From the NCBI RefSeq assembly GCF_009914755.1, contig NC_060933.1: DNA of 64,000 nucleotides, one strand, 5' to 3'. Below are positions 1 to 13,953 of the stretch, piece by piece. The DNA comes from the human T2T-CHM13v2.0 reference genome, Homo sapiens. Position 1 is the first letter of the stretch; every line of letters starts with the position of its first letter. Under the pieces are notes generated by a model, which saw nothing but the letters and a program-made list of their open reading frames with translations, was not told where the DNA came from and did no database searches. The position numbers were made by a program, and so were the translations under genes.

Positions 1-1718
1 GGAATCAACCCGAGTGCAGGGGAATGGAATGGAATGGAATGCAATGGAATGGAATCATCCGGAATGGAATGGAATGGAATGCAATGCAATCAACCTGATG
101 CAATGGAATGAAGTGGAATGGAATGGAATGGAATGGAAACATCCCGAATGGAATGGAATGTAATGGAGTGTAAGGGAATTGAATAGAATCAATCCGAATG
201 TAACGGAATGGAATGGAATGAAATAGAATGGAATGGAATGGAATGGAATGGAATCAACCCGAGTGCAATGGAATGGATTCGAATGGAATGGAATGGAATG
301 GAATTCATTCAACAAGAATGGAATGGAAAGGAATGGAATCAACCCGAGTGTAATGGCATGGAATGGAACGCAATGGAATGGGATGGAATGGAATGGTACG
401 GAATAGAATGGAATGGAATGAAATGGAATGGAATGGAATGGAATGTAATGGAATGGAATGGAATGAACCCGTGTGCAATGGAATGGAATGGAATGGAATG
501 GATTCAACTCGAATGGAATCCACTCGATTGCAATGGAATGGAATGGAATTGAAAGGAATAGAATGGAATCAACCCGAGTGGAATGGAATGGAAAGGACTG
601 GAATGGAGTGGAATGGAATGGAATGGAATGGAATGGAATCAACTCGATTGGAATGGAATGGAATGGAATGGAATGGAATGGAATCAACCCGAGTGCAGGG
701 GAATGGAATGGAATGGAATGCAATGGAATGGAATCATCCGGAATGGAATGGAAAGGAATGGAATGGAATGGAATCAACCCGAGTGCAATGGAATGGAGAG
801 GAATGGCATGGAATGGAATGGAAACTACACGAATGGAATGGAATGTAATGGAGTGTAAGGGAATTGAATAGAATGAATCCGAATGGAATGGAATGGAATG
901 GAATGGATAGGAATGGAATGGAATGGAATGGAATGCAATGCCATGGAATCAACCCGAGTGCAATCGAATGGAATCGAATGGAATGGAATGCAATGGAATG
1001 GATTCAACTTGAATGGAATGGAAAGAATGGAATCAACACGAGTGGAATGGCATGGATTGGAATGGAATGGAATAGAATCAACCCGAGTACAGGGGAATGG
1101 AATGGAATGGAATGAAATGGAAAGGAATCACCCGTAATGTAATGGAAAGGAATGGAATGGAATGGAATGGAATGGAATGGAATGAAATGGAATGGAATGG
1201 AATGGAATCAACTCGATTGCAATTGAATGGAATGGAATGGAATTAACCCGAATAGAATGGAATGGAATGGAATGGAATGGAACGGAACGGAATGGAATGG
1301 AATGGAATGGAAAGGAACGGATCGGAATGGAATGGAATGGAATGGAATGGAATGGAATGGAATCAACGCGAGTGCAGGGGAATGGAATGGAATGGAATGC
1401 AATGGAATGGAAACTTCCGGAATGGAATGGAATGGAATGGAATAGAATGGAATGGAATGGAATGGAATGGAATCAACCCGAGTACAGGGGAATGGAATGG
1501 AATGTTATGCAATGGAATGAAATCATCCGTAATGGAATGGAAAGGAATGGAATGGAATGGAATGGAATGGAATGGAATCAACTAGATTGCAATCGAATGG
1601 AATGGAATAGAATGGAACGGAAAGGAATGGAATGGAATGGAATGGAATGGAATGGAATGGAATGGAATGGAATCAACGCGAGTGCAGGGGAATGGAATGG
1701 AATGGAATGCAATGGAAT

Positions 1719-1733
1719 GGAATCTTCCGGAAT
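1719..1733. promoter_or_regulatory. Heat-shock-element consensus match nGAAnnTTCnnGAAn (GGAAT CTTCC GGAAT); representative of ~50 copies across the window
   Basis: Exact match to the three-unit inverted-pentamer HSF1 consensus. The motif match is direct; binding at this array is not demonstrated. Confidence 0.5.
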
Positions 1734-4259
1734 GGAATGGAATGTAATGGAATGGAATGTAATGGAATGGAATTGAATAAACCCGAGTGCAATGGAATGG
1801 AGTGGAATGGAATGGAATGGAATGGAATGAAATGGAATGGAATGTAATGGAGAGTAAGGGAGTTGAATAGAATCAATCCAAATGTAATGGAATGGATTGG
1901 AACGGAATGGAATTGAATGGAATGGAATGGAATGCAATGGAATGGAATCAACCCGAGTGCAATGGAATGGAGAGGAATGGAATGGAATGGAATGGAAACT
2001 ACCCGAATGGAATGGAATGTAATGGAGTGTAAGGGAATTGAATAGAATCAATCCGAATGTAATGGAATGGAATGGAACGGAATGGAATGGAATGAAATGG
2101 AATAGAATGGAAAGGAATGGAATGCAATGGAATGGAATCAACCCGAGTGCAATCGAGTGGAATCGAATGGAATGGAATACAATGGAATGGATTCAACTTG
2201 AATGGAATGGAAAGAATGGAATCAACACGAGTGGAAGGGCATGGATTGGAATGCAATGGAATGTAATCAACCCGAGTACAGGGGAATGGAATGGAATGGA
2301 ATGCAATGAAATGGAATCATCCGTAATGGAATGGAAAGGAATGGAATGGAATGGAATGGAATGGAATGGAATGGAATCAACACGATTGCAATCGAATGGA
2401 ATGGAATGGAATTAACCCGAATAGAAAGGAATGGAATGGAATGGAAAGGAACGGAATGGAATGGAATGGAATGGAATGGAATGGAACGGAACGGAACGGA
2501 ACGGAATGGAATGGAATGGAATGGAATGGAATGGAATGGAATGGAATCAACGCGAGTGCAGGGGAATGGAATGGAATGGAATGCAATGGAATGGAATCTT
2601 CCGGAATGGAATGGAATGGAATGGAATGGAATGAAATGCAATGGATTCAACTCGATTGCAATGGAATGGAATAGAATGGAATGGAATGGAATGGAATGGA
2701 ATTAACCCGAATAGAATGCAAAGGAACGGAATGGAAAGGAATAGAATGGAATGGAATGGAATGGAACGGCACGGAACAGAATGGAATGGAATGGAATGTA
2801 ATGGAACGGTTCGGAATGGAATGGAATGGAATGGAATGGAATGGAATGGAATCAACGCGAGTGCAGGGGAATGGAATGGAATGGAATGCAATGGAATGGA
2901 ATCTTCCGGAATGGAATGGAATGGAATGGAATAGAATGGAATGGAATGGAATGGAATGGAATCAACCCGAGTACAGGGGAATGGAATGGAATGTAATGCA
3001 GTGGAATGGAATCATCCGTAATGCAATGGAAAGGAATGGAATGGAATGGAATGGAATGGAATGGAATCAACTCGATTGCAACGGAATGGAATGGAATGGA
3101 ATTAACCCGAATAGAATGGAATGGAATGGAACGGAACGGAACGGAACGGAATGGAATGGAATGGAATGGAACGGAACGGAACGGAACGGAACGGAATGGA
3201 ATGGAATGGAATGGAATCAACGCGAGTGCAGGGGAATGGAATGGAATGGAATGCAATGGAATGGAATCTTCCGGAATGGAATGGAATGGAATGGAATGGT
3301 ATGAAATGCAATGGATTCAACTCGATTGCAATGGAATGTAATAGAATGGAATGGAACGGAATGGAACGGAATGGAATGGAATGGAATGGAATGGAATAGA
3401 ATGGAATGGTATGGAATGGAATGGAATGGTACGGAATAGAATGGAATGGAACGAATTTTAATGGAATGGAATTGAATGGAATGGAATGGAATGGAATGGA
3501 ATGGAATCAGCGCGAGTGCGGGGGAATGTAATGGAACGGAATGTAATGGAATGGAATCATCCGGAATGGAATGGAATGGAATGGAATGGAATGGAATGGA
3601 ATCAACCCGAGTGCAATGGAATGGAGTGGAATGGAATGGAATGGAATGGAACAACCCGAATGGAATGGAATGTAATGGAGAGTAAGGGAGTTGAATAGAA
3701 TCAATCCGAATGTAATGGAATGGAATGGAACGGAATGGAATGGAATGGAATGGAATGGAATGGAATGGAATGGAATGCAAAGGAATGGAATCAACCCGAG
3801 TGGAATGGCATGGAATGGAATGCAATGGATTGGAATGGAATGGAATCAACTCGAGTGGAAAGGAATGGAATGGAATGGAAAGGAGTGGAATGAAGTCAAC
3901 TCGAGTGGAATGCAATGGAATGGAATGGATTGGAATGGATTGCAATGGAATGAAATGGAATGGAATGGAATGGAATCAATCATTCCGAGTGGAATGGATG
4001 GTAATGAAATGGAGTGGAAAGAAGGGAATGGAATCAACCCGAGTGGAATGCAAGGCAATGGAATGGAATGGAAAGGAATGGAATGGAATCAACTCGATTG
4101 CAATGGAATGGAATGGAATGGAATGGAATGGAATTAACCGGAATAGAATGGAATGGAATGGAATGGAACGGAATGGAATGAACACGAGTGCAGGGCAGTG
4201 GAATGGAATGGAATGCAATGGAATGGAATCATCCGGAATGGAATGGAATGGAATGGAAT

Positions 4260-5340
4260 CAACTCCATTGCAATGGAATGGAATGGAATGGAATGGAATA
4301 GAATGGAATGGAATTAACCAGAATAGAATGGAATGCAATAGAATGGAATGCAACGGAACCGAATGGATTGGAATGGAATGGAATGGAATCAACCCGAGTA
4401 CAGGGGAATGGAATGGAATGGAATGCAATGGAATGGAGTCATCCGTAATGGAATGGAAAGGAATTGAATGGAATGGAATGGAATGGAATGGAATGGAATG
4501 GAATGGAATGGAGTCAACTCGATGGCAATCGAATGGAATGGAATGGAATTAACCCGAATAGAATGGAATGGAACGGAACGGAATGGAATGGAATTGAATG
4601 GAATGGAACGGAACGGAATGGAATGGAATGGAATGGAATGGAATGGAATGCCTTCAAACCGAATGGAATGGAAAGGAATGGAATCAACACGAGTGGAAAG
4701 GAATGGAATGGAAAGGAATGGAATGGAATGGAATGGTACGGAATAGAATGGAATGGAACGAACTGGAATGGAATGGAATGGAATGGAATGGAATGGAATG
4801 GAATGGAATCAACTCCATTGCAATGGAATGGAATGGAATGGAATGGAATAGAATGGAATGGAATTAACCAGAATAGAATGGAATGCAATAGAATGCAATG
4901 CAACGGAACCGAATGGAGTGGAATGGAATGGAATGGAATCAACCCGAGTACAGGGGAATGGAATGGAATGGAATGCAATGGAATGGAGTCATCCGTAATG
5001 GAATGGAAAGGAATTGAATGGAATGGAATGGAATGGAATGCAATGGAATGGAATGGAATCAACTCGATGGCAATCGAATGGAATGGAATGGAATTAACCC
5101 GAATAGAATGGAATGGAATGGAATGGAACGGAACGGAACGGAATGGAATGGAATGGAATGGAATGGAACGGAACGGAATGGAATGGAATGGAATGGAATG
5201 GAATGGAATGCCTTCAAACCGAATGGAATGGAAAGGAATGGAATCAACACGAGTGGAAAGGAATGGAATGGAAAGGAATGGAATGGAATGGAATGGTACG
5301 GAATAGAATGGAATGGAAGGAACTGGAATGGAATGGAATG
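4260..5340 (+). repeat. Local tandem duplication, ~550 bp x2
   Basis: CAACTCCATTG at 4260 and 4810; TTAACCAGAATAG at ~4314 and ~4864; CCTTCAAACC at 4651 and 5211. Confidence 0.9.
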
Positions 5341-7700
5341 GAATGGAATGGAATGGAATGGAATCGTTCCGAGGGGAATAGGAGGGAATGAATTCGAGTG
5401 GAATGGAAAGGAATGGAATCAACCAGAGTGGAATGGAAGGGAATGGAATGGAATGGAAACTAATAGAATGGAATCAACCCGAGTGGAATGGAATGGAAAG
5501 GACTGGACTGGAATGGAATGGAATGGAATGAAATGGAATGGAATCAACTCGATTGTAATGTAATGGAATGGAATGGAATGGAATGGAATGGAATAGAATG
5601 GAATTAACCCGAATAAAATGGAATGGAATGGAATGGAACGGAATGGAGTGGAATGGAATGGAATCAACCCGAGTGCAGGGGAATGGAATGGAATGGAATG
5701 CAATGGAATGGAATCATCCGGAATGGAATGGAATGGAATGGAATGCAAAGCAATGGAATCAACTCGATTGCAATGGAATCGAAAGGAGTGGAAAGGAATA
5801 GAATGGAATCAACCCGAGTGTAATGGAATGGAAAGGACTGGAATGGAGTTGAATGCAATGGAATGGAATGGAATGGAATCAACTCGATTGGAATGGAATG
5901 GAATGGAATGGAATGGAATCAAACCGACTACAGGGGAATGGAATGGTATGGAATGGTATGGAATCATCCGGAACGGAATGGAATGGAATGGAATGGAATC
6001 AACTCGATTCCAATGGAATGGAATGGAATGGAATGGAATGGAATTCACCCGAATAGAATGGAATGGAATGGAATGGAAAGTAATGGAAGGGAAGGAAATG
6101 TAATGTAATCAACCCGAGTGCAGGGGAATGGAATGGAATGGAATGCAATGGAATGGAATCATCCGGAATGGAATGGAATGGAATGGAATGGAATGGAATG
6201 GAGTGGTATCAACCCGAGTGCAGGGGAATGTAATGGAACAGAAGGCAATGGAATGGAATCATCCGGAATGGAATGGAATGGAATGGAATGGAATGGAATC
6301 AACCCGAGTGCAATGGAATGGAGTGGAATGGAATGGAATGGAATGGAACAACCCGAATGGAATGGAATGTAATGGACAGTAAGGGAGTTGAATAGAATCA
6401 ATCCGAATGTAATGGAATGGAATGCAACGGAATGGAATGGAATGGAATGCAATGGAATGGAATGGAATGGAATGCAAAGGAATGGAATCAACCCGAGTGG
6501 AATGGCATGGAATGGAATGCAATGGATTGGAATGGAATGGAATCCACTCGAGTGGAAAGGAATGGAATGGAATGGAATGGAAAGGAATGGAATGAAGTCA
6601 ACTCGAGTGGAATGGAATGGAATGGAATGGATTGGAATGGATTGCAATGGAATGAAATGGAATGGAATGGAATGGAATCAATCATTCCGAGTGGAATGGA
6701 AGGGAATGTAATGGAGTGGAAAGAAGGGAATGGAATCAACCCGAGTGGAATGCAAGGCAATGGAATGGAAAGGAATGGAATGGAATCAACTCGATTGCAA
6801 TGGAATGGAATGGAATGGAATGGAATGGAATGGAATGGAATTAATCGGAATAGAATGGAATGGAATGGAATGGAATGGAAGGGAATGGAATCAACATGAG
6901 TGCAGGGGAATGGAATGGAATGGAATGCAATGGAATGGAATCATCCGGAATGGAATGGAATGGAATGGAATCAACTCCATTGCAATGGAATGGAATGGAA
7001 TGGAATGGAATAGAATGGAATGGAATTAACCCGAATAGAATGGAATGCAATAGAATGGAATGCAACGGAACCGAATGGAGTAGAATGGAATGGAATGGAA
7101 TCAACCCGAGTACAGGGGAATGGAATGGAATGGAATGCAATGGAATGGAGTCATCCGTAATGGAATGGAAAGGAATGGAATGGAATGGAATGGAATGGAA
7201 TGGAATGGAATGGAATGGAATCAACTCGATGGCAATCGAATGGAATGGAATGGAATTAACCCGAATAGAATGGAATGGAATGGAATGGAACGGAACGGAA
7301 TGGAATGGAATGGAATGGAATGGAATGGAACGGAACGGAATGGAATGGAATGGAATGGAATCAACGCGAGTGCAGGGGAATGGAATGGAATGGAATGTAA
7401 TGGAATGGAATCTTCCGGAATGGAATGGAATGGAATGGAATGGCATGAAAGGCAATGGATTAAACTCGATTGCAATGGAATGGAATAGAATGCAATGGAA
7501 TGGAATGGAATGGAATGGAATGGAATGGAATGGAATGGAATGCCTTCAAACCGAATGGAATGGAAAGGAATAGAATCAACACGAGTGGAAAGGAATGGAA
7601 TAGAAAGGAATGGAATGGAATGGAATGGTACGGAATAGATTGGAATGGAACGAACTGGAATGGAATGGAATGGAATGGAATGGAATGGAATGGAATCAAC

Positions 7701-7714
7701 TCGATTGCAATCGA
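7701..7714. other. Perfect 14-bp palindrome TCGATTGCAATCGA; representative of ~30 copies
   Basis: Self-reverse-complementary by direct reading; other examples at 32201, 32481, 46171 and 54581. Confidence 0.85.
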
Positions 7715-10700
7715 ATGGAATGGAATGGAATTAACAAGAATGGAATGGAATGGAATGGAACGGAACGGAACGGAACGGAACGGAATGGAATGGAATGGAA
7801 CGGAAAGGAATGGAATGGAATGGAATGGAATGGAATGGAATGGAATCAACGCGAGTGCAGGGGAATGGAATGTAATGGAATGTAATGGAATGGAATCTTC
7901 CGGAATGGAATGGAATGGAATGGAATCAACCCGAGTGCAATGGAATGGAGTGGAATGGAATGGAATGGAATGGAACAACACGAATGGAATCGAATGTAAT
8001 GGAGAGTAAGGGAGTTGAATAGAATCAAACCGAATGTAATGGAATGGAATGGAACGGAATGGAATTGAATGGAATGGAATGGAATGCAATGCAATGGATT
8101 CAACCCGAGTGCAATGGAATGGAGAGGAATGGAATGGAATGGAGTGGAAACTACCCGAATGGAATGGAATGTAATGGAGTGTAAGGGAATTGAATAGAAT
8201 CAATCCGAATGTAATGGAATGGAATGGAATGGAATGGAATGGAATGGAATGGAATGGAATGGAAAGGAATGCAATGGAATGGAATCAACCCGAGTGCAAT
8301 CGAATGGAATCGAATGGAATGGAATGCAATGGAATAGATTCAACTTGAATGGAATGGAAAGAATGGAATCAACACGAGTGGAATGGCATGGATTGGAATG
8401 GCATGGAATGGAATCAACCCGAGTACAGGGGAATGGAATGGAATGGAATGCAATGGAATGGAATCATCCGTAATGGAATGGAAAGGAATGGAATGGAATG
8501 GAATGGAATGGAATGGAATGGAATGGAATCAACTCGATTGCAATCGAATGGAATGGAATGGAATTAACCCGAATAGAATGAAATGGAATGGAATGGAACG
8601 GAACTGAATGGAATGGAATGGAATGGAATGGAATGGAACGGAACGGAATGGAATGGAATTGAATGGAATGGAATGGAATGGAATGGAATGGAATGAACGC
8701 GAGTGCAGGGGAATGGAATGGAATAGAATGCTATGGAATGGAATCTTCCGGAATGGAATGGAATGGAATGGAATGGAATGGAATGAAATGCAATGGATTC
8801 AACTCGATTGCAATGGAATGGAATAGAATGGAATGGAATGGAATGGAATGGAATGGAATTAACCCGAATAGAATGGAATGGAATGGAATGGAACGGAATG
8901 GAACGGAATGGAATGGAATGGAATGGAATGGAATGGTATGGAATGGAATGGAATGGTACGGAATAGAATGGAATGGAACGAATTGTAATGGAATGGAATT
9001 GAATGGAATGGAATGGAATGGAATGGAATCAACGCGAGTGCAGGGGAATGTAATGGAACGGAATGCAATGGAATGGAGTCATCCGGAATGGAATGGAAAG
9101 GAATGCAATGGAATGGAATCAACCCGAGTGCAATGGAATGGAGTGGAATGGAATGGAATGGAATGGAACAACCCGAATGGAATGGAATGTAATGGAGAGT
9201 AAGGGAGTTGAATAGAATCAATCCGAATGTAATGGAATGGAATGCAACGGAATGGAATGGAATGGAATGGAATGCAATGGAATGGAATCAACCCGAGTAC
9301 AATGGAATGGAATGGAATGGAATGGAATGGAATGGAATGGAATGCCTTCAAACCGAATGGAATGGAAAGGAATGGAATCAACACGAGTGGAATGGAATGG
9401 AATGGAATGGAATGGAATGGAATGGAATGGAATGATACGGAATAGAATGGAATGGAACGAAATGGAATGGAATGGAATGGAATTGAATGGAATGGAATAG
9501 AATGGAATGGAATGGAATGGAATCGTTCCGAGTGGAATAGGAGGGAATGTATTCGAGTGGAATGGAAAGGAATGGAATCAACCAGAGTGGAATGGAAGGG
9601 AATAGAATGGAATAGAAACTAATGGAATGGAATCAACCCGAGTGGAATGGAATGGAAAGGACTGGAATGGAATGGAATGGAATGGAATCAACGCGAGTGC
9701 AGGGGAATGTAATGGAACGGAATGCAATGGAATGGAATCATCCGGAATGGAATGGAATGGAATGCAATGGAATGGAATCAACCCGAGTGCAATGGAATGG
9801 AGTGGAATGGAATGGAATGGAATGGAACAACCCTAATGGAATGGAATGTAATGGAGAGTAAGGGAGTTGAATAGAATCAATCCGAATGTAATGGAATGGA
9901 ATGGAACGGAATGGAATTGAATGGAATGGAATGGAATGCAATGGAATGGAATCAACCCGAGTGCAATGGAATGGAGAGGAATGGAATGGAATGGAATGGA
10001 AACTACCCGAATGGAATGGAATGTAATGGAGTGTAAGGGAATTGAATAGAATCAATCCGAATGTAATGGAATGGAATGGAATGGAATGGAATGGAATGGA
10101 ATGCAATGGAATGGAATCAACCCGAGTGCAATCGAATGGAATCGAATGGAATGGAATGCAATGGAATGGATTCAACTTGAATGGAATGGAAAGAATGGAA
10201 TCAACACGAGTGGAATGGCATGGATTGGAATGGAATGGAATGGAATCAACCCGATTACAGGGGAATGGAATGGAATGGAATGCATTGGAATGGAATCATC
10301 CGTAATGGAATGGAAAGGAATGGAATGGAATGGAATGGAATGGAATGGAATGAACTCGATTGCAATCGCATGGAATGGAATGGAATTAACCCGAATAGAA
10401 TGGAATGGAATGGAATGGAACGGAATAGAACGGAATGAAATGGAATGGAATGGAATGGAATGGAATGGAACGGAACGGAATGGAATGGAATGGAATGGAA
10501 TGGAATCAACGCGAGTGCAGGGGAATGGAATGGAATGGAATGCAATGGAATGGAATCTTCCGGAATGGAATGGAATGGAATGGAATGGAATGAAATGCAA
10601 TGGATCCAACTCGATTGCAATGGAATGGAATAGAATGGAATGGAATGGAATGGAATGGAATGGAATTAATCCGAATAGAATGGAATGGAATGGAATGGAA

Positions 10701-12284
10701 TGGAATGGAACGGAATGGAACGGAATGGAATGGAATGGAATGGAATGGAATGGAATGGTATGGAATGGAATGGAATGGTACGGAATAGAATGGAATGGAA
10801 TGAATTGTAATGGAATGGAATTGAATGGAATGCAATGGAATGGAATGGAATCAACGCGAGTGCAGGGGAATGTAATGGAACAGAATGCAATGGAATGGAA
10901 TCATCCGGAATGGAATGTAATGGAATGGAATGGAATGGAATGGAATGGAATCAACCCGAGTGCAATGGAATGGAGTGGAATGGAATGGAATGGAATGGAA
11001 CAACCCGAATGGAATGGAATGTAATGGAGAGTAAGGGAGTTGAATAGAATCATTCCGAATGTAATGGAATGGAATGCAACGGAATGGAATGGAATGGAAT
11101 GGAATGGAATGCAGTGGAATTGAATCAACCCGAGTACAATGGAATGGAATGGAATGGAATGGAATGGAATGGAATGGAATGGAATGGAATGATACGGAAT
11201 AGAATGGAATGGAACGAAATGGAATGGAATGGAATGGAATGGAATGGAATGGAATGGAATGGAATGGAATCAACACGATTGCAATCGAATGGAATGGAAT
11301 GTAATTAACCCGAATAGAATGGAATGGAATGGAATGGAGGAGAACGGAATGGAATGGAATGGAATGGAATGGAATGGAATGGAACGGAATGGAACGGAAC
11401 GGAATGGAATGGAATGAAATGGAATAGAATGGAATGGAATGGAATCATCGCGAGTGCAGGGGAATGGAATGGAATGGAATGCAATGGAATGGAATCTTCC
11501 GGAATGGAATGGAATGGAATGAAATGCAATGGATTCAACTCGATTGCAATGGAATGGAATAGAATGGAATGGAATGGAATGGAATGGAATGGAATTAACC
11601 CGAAGAGAATGGAATGGAATGGAATGGAACTGAATGGAACGGAATGGAATGGAATGGAATGGAATGGTATGGAATGGAATGGAATGGTACCGAATGGAAT
11701 GGAATGGAACGAATTGTAATGGTATGGAATTGAATGGAATGGAATGGAATGGAATGGAATCAACGCGAGTGCAGGGGAATGTAATGGAACGGAATGCAAA
11801 GGAATGGAATCATCCGGAATGGAATGGAATGGAATGGAATGGAATGGAATGGAATCAACCCGAGTGCAATGGAATGGAGTGGAATGGAATGGAATGGAAT
11901 GGAACAACCCAAATGGAATGGAATGTAATGGAGAGTAAGGGAGTTGAATAGAATCAATCCGAATGTAATGGAATGGGATGCAACGGAATGGAATGGAATG
12001 GAATGGAATGGAATGGAATGGAATGGAATGCAATGGAATGGAATGGAATGGAATGGAATGCAATGGAATGGAATCAACCCGAGTACAATGGAATGGAATG
12101 GAATAGAATGGAATGGAATGGAATGGAATGGAATGCAATGGAATGGAATCTTCCGGAATGGAATGGAATGGAATGGAATGGAATGGAATGCAATGGATTC
12201 AACTCGATTGCAATGGAATGGAATAGAATGGAATGGAATGGAATGGAATAGAATTAAACCGAATAGAATGGAATGGAATGGAAT

Positions 12285-12314
12285 GGAACGGAACGGAACG
12301 GAACGGAACGGAAC
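12285..12314 (+). repeat. (GGAAC)6 variant-pentamer run (similar runs recur downstream of TTAA(C/A)CCGAATAG words)
   Basis: Direct reading; paralogous runs at ~20089, ~27639 and ~57319. Confidence 0.85.
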
Positions 12315-12693
12315 GGAGTGGAATGGAATGGAATGGAATTGTATGGAATGGAATGGAATGGAATGGAATGGAATGGAATCAACCGGAGTGCAGGGGAATG
12401 TAATGGAACGGAATGCAATGGAATGGAATCATCCGGAATGGAATGGAATGGAATTGAATGGAATGGAATGGAATGGAATCAATCCGAGAGCAATGGAATG
12501 GAGTGGAATAGAATGGAATGGAATGGTACAACCCGAATGGAATGGAATGTAATGGAGAGTTAGGGTGTTGAATAGAATCAATCCGAATGTAATGGAATGG
12601 AACGGAATGGAATGGAATGGAATGGGATGGAATGGAATGGAATGGAATGGAATGCAATGGAATGGAATCAACCCGAGTACAATGGAACGGAAT

Positions 12694-12723
12694 GTAATGT
12701 AATGTAATGTAATGTAATGTAAT
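12694..12723 (+). repeat. (GTAAT)6 secondary microsatellite (also ~20498 x6, ~28048 x5, ~57728 x5)
   Basis: Direct reading of tandem GTAAT units replacing GGAAT in register. Confidence 0.9.
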
Positions 12724-13953
12724 GGAATGGAATGGAATGGAATCAACCCGAGTGCAATGGAATGGAGAGGAATGGAATAGAATGGAATGGAAACTACCCG
12801 AATGGAATGGAATGCAATGGAGTGTAAGGGAATTGAATAGAATCAATCCGAATGGAATGGAATGGAATGGAACGGAATGTAATGGAATGGAATGGAATGG
12901 AATCAACACGAGTGCAGGGGAATGGAATGGAAAAGAATGCAATGGAATGGAATCATCCGGAATGGAATGGAATGGAATGCAATGGAATGGAATGGAAAGG
13001 AATCAAACCGAGTGCAATGGAATGGAGTGAAATGGAATGGAATGGAATGGAAACAACCAGAATGGATTGGAATATAATGGAGTGTAAGGGAATTGAATAG
13101 AATCAATCTGAATGTAATGAAATGGAATGGAACGGAATGGAATGGAATGGAATGGAATGGAATGGAATGCAATGGAATGGAATCAACCCGAGTGCAATCG
13201 AATGGAATCGAATGGAATGGAATGCAATGGAATTGAATCAACCCGAGTACAATGGAATGGAATGGAATGGAATGGAATGGAATGATACGGAATAGAATGG
13301 AATGGAACGAAATGGAATGGAATGGAATGGAATGGAATGGAATGGAATCGTTCCGAGTGGAATAGGAGGGAATGTATTCGAGTGGAATGTAAAGGAATGG
13401 TATCATCCAGAGTGGAATGGAAGGGAATGGAATGGAATGGAAACTAATAGAATGGAATCAACCCGAGTGGAATGGATTGGAAAGGACTGGAATGGATTGG
13501 AATGGAATGGAATCAACTCGATTGTAATGGAATGGAATGGAATGGAATGGAATGGAATGGAATGGAATGGAATTAACCCGAATACAATGGAATGGAAGGG
13601 AATGGAACGGAATGGAGTGGAATGGAATGGAATCAACACGAGTGCAGGGGAATGGAATGGAATGGAATGCAATGGAATGGAATCATCCGGAATGGAATGG
13701 AATGGAATGGAATGCAAAGCAATGGAATCAACTCGATTGCAATGGAATGGAATGGAATGGCAAGGAATACATTGGAATCAACCCGAGTGGAATGGAATGG
13801 AAAGGACTGGAATGGAGTGGAATGGAATGGAATGGAATGGAATGGAATCAACTCGATTGGAATGGAATGGAATGGAATGGAATGGAATTAACCCGAATAG
13901 AATGGAATGGAATGGAATGGAACGGAATGTAATGGAAAGGAATGGATTGGAAT

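Larger units (their letters stand above)
6110..13953 (+). repeat. ~7.8 kb higher-order repeat, copy 1 (7844 bp)
   Basis: Rare markers recur with ~7.8 kb period: GAGTGGTATC (~6201/14040/21840), CAACCCTAAT (~9828/17627/25476), GGTACC (11686/19485/27349), (GTAAT)n (~12694/20498/28048). Identical ORF translations at 6388/14227/22031. Confidence 0.93.

Noticed and set aside
6-25. G-quadruplex or telomere-like signals (CAGGGG, TAAGGG, TTAGGG at ~12560)
   Set aside because: G3+ tracts are isolated and far apart; single TTAGGG hexamers are point variants of GTAAGGG with no tandem array.
9523-9560. CGTTCCGAGTGGAATAGGAGGGAATGTATTCGAG as foreign insertion or Shine-Dalgarno (AGGAGG...ATG)
   Set aside because: It stays in the 5-bp register as diverged pentamers and recurs many times as an ordinary array word; the context is not prokaryotic.
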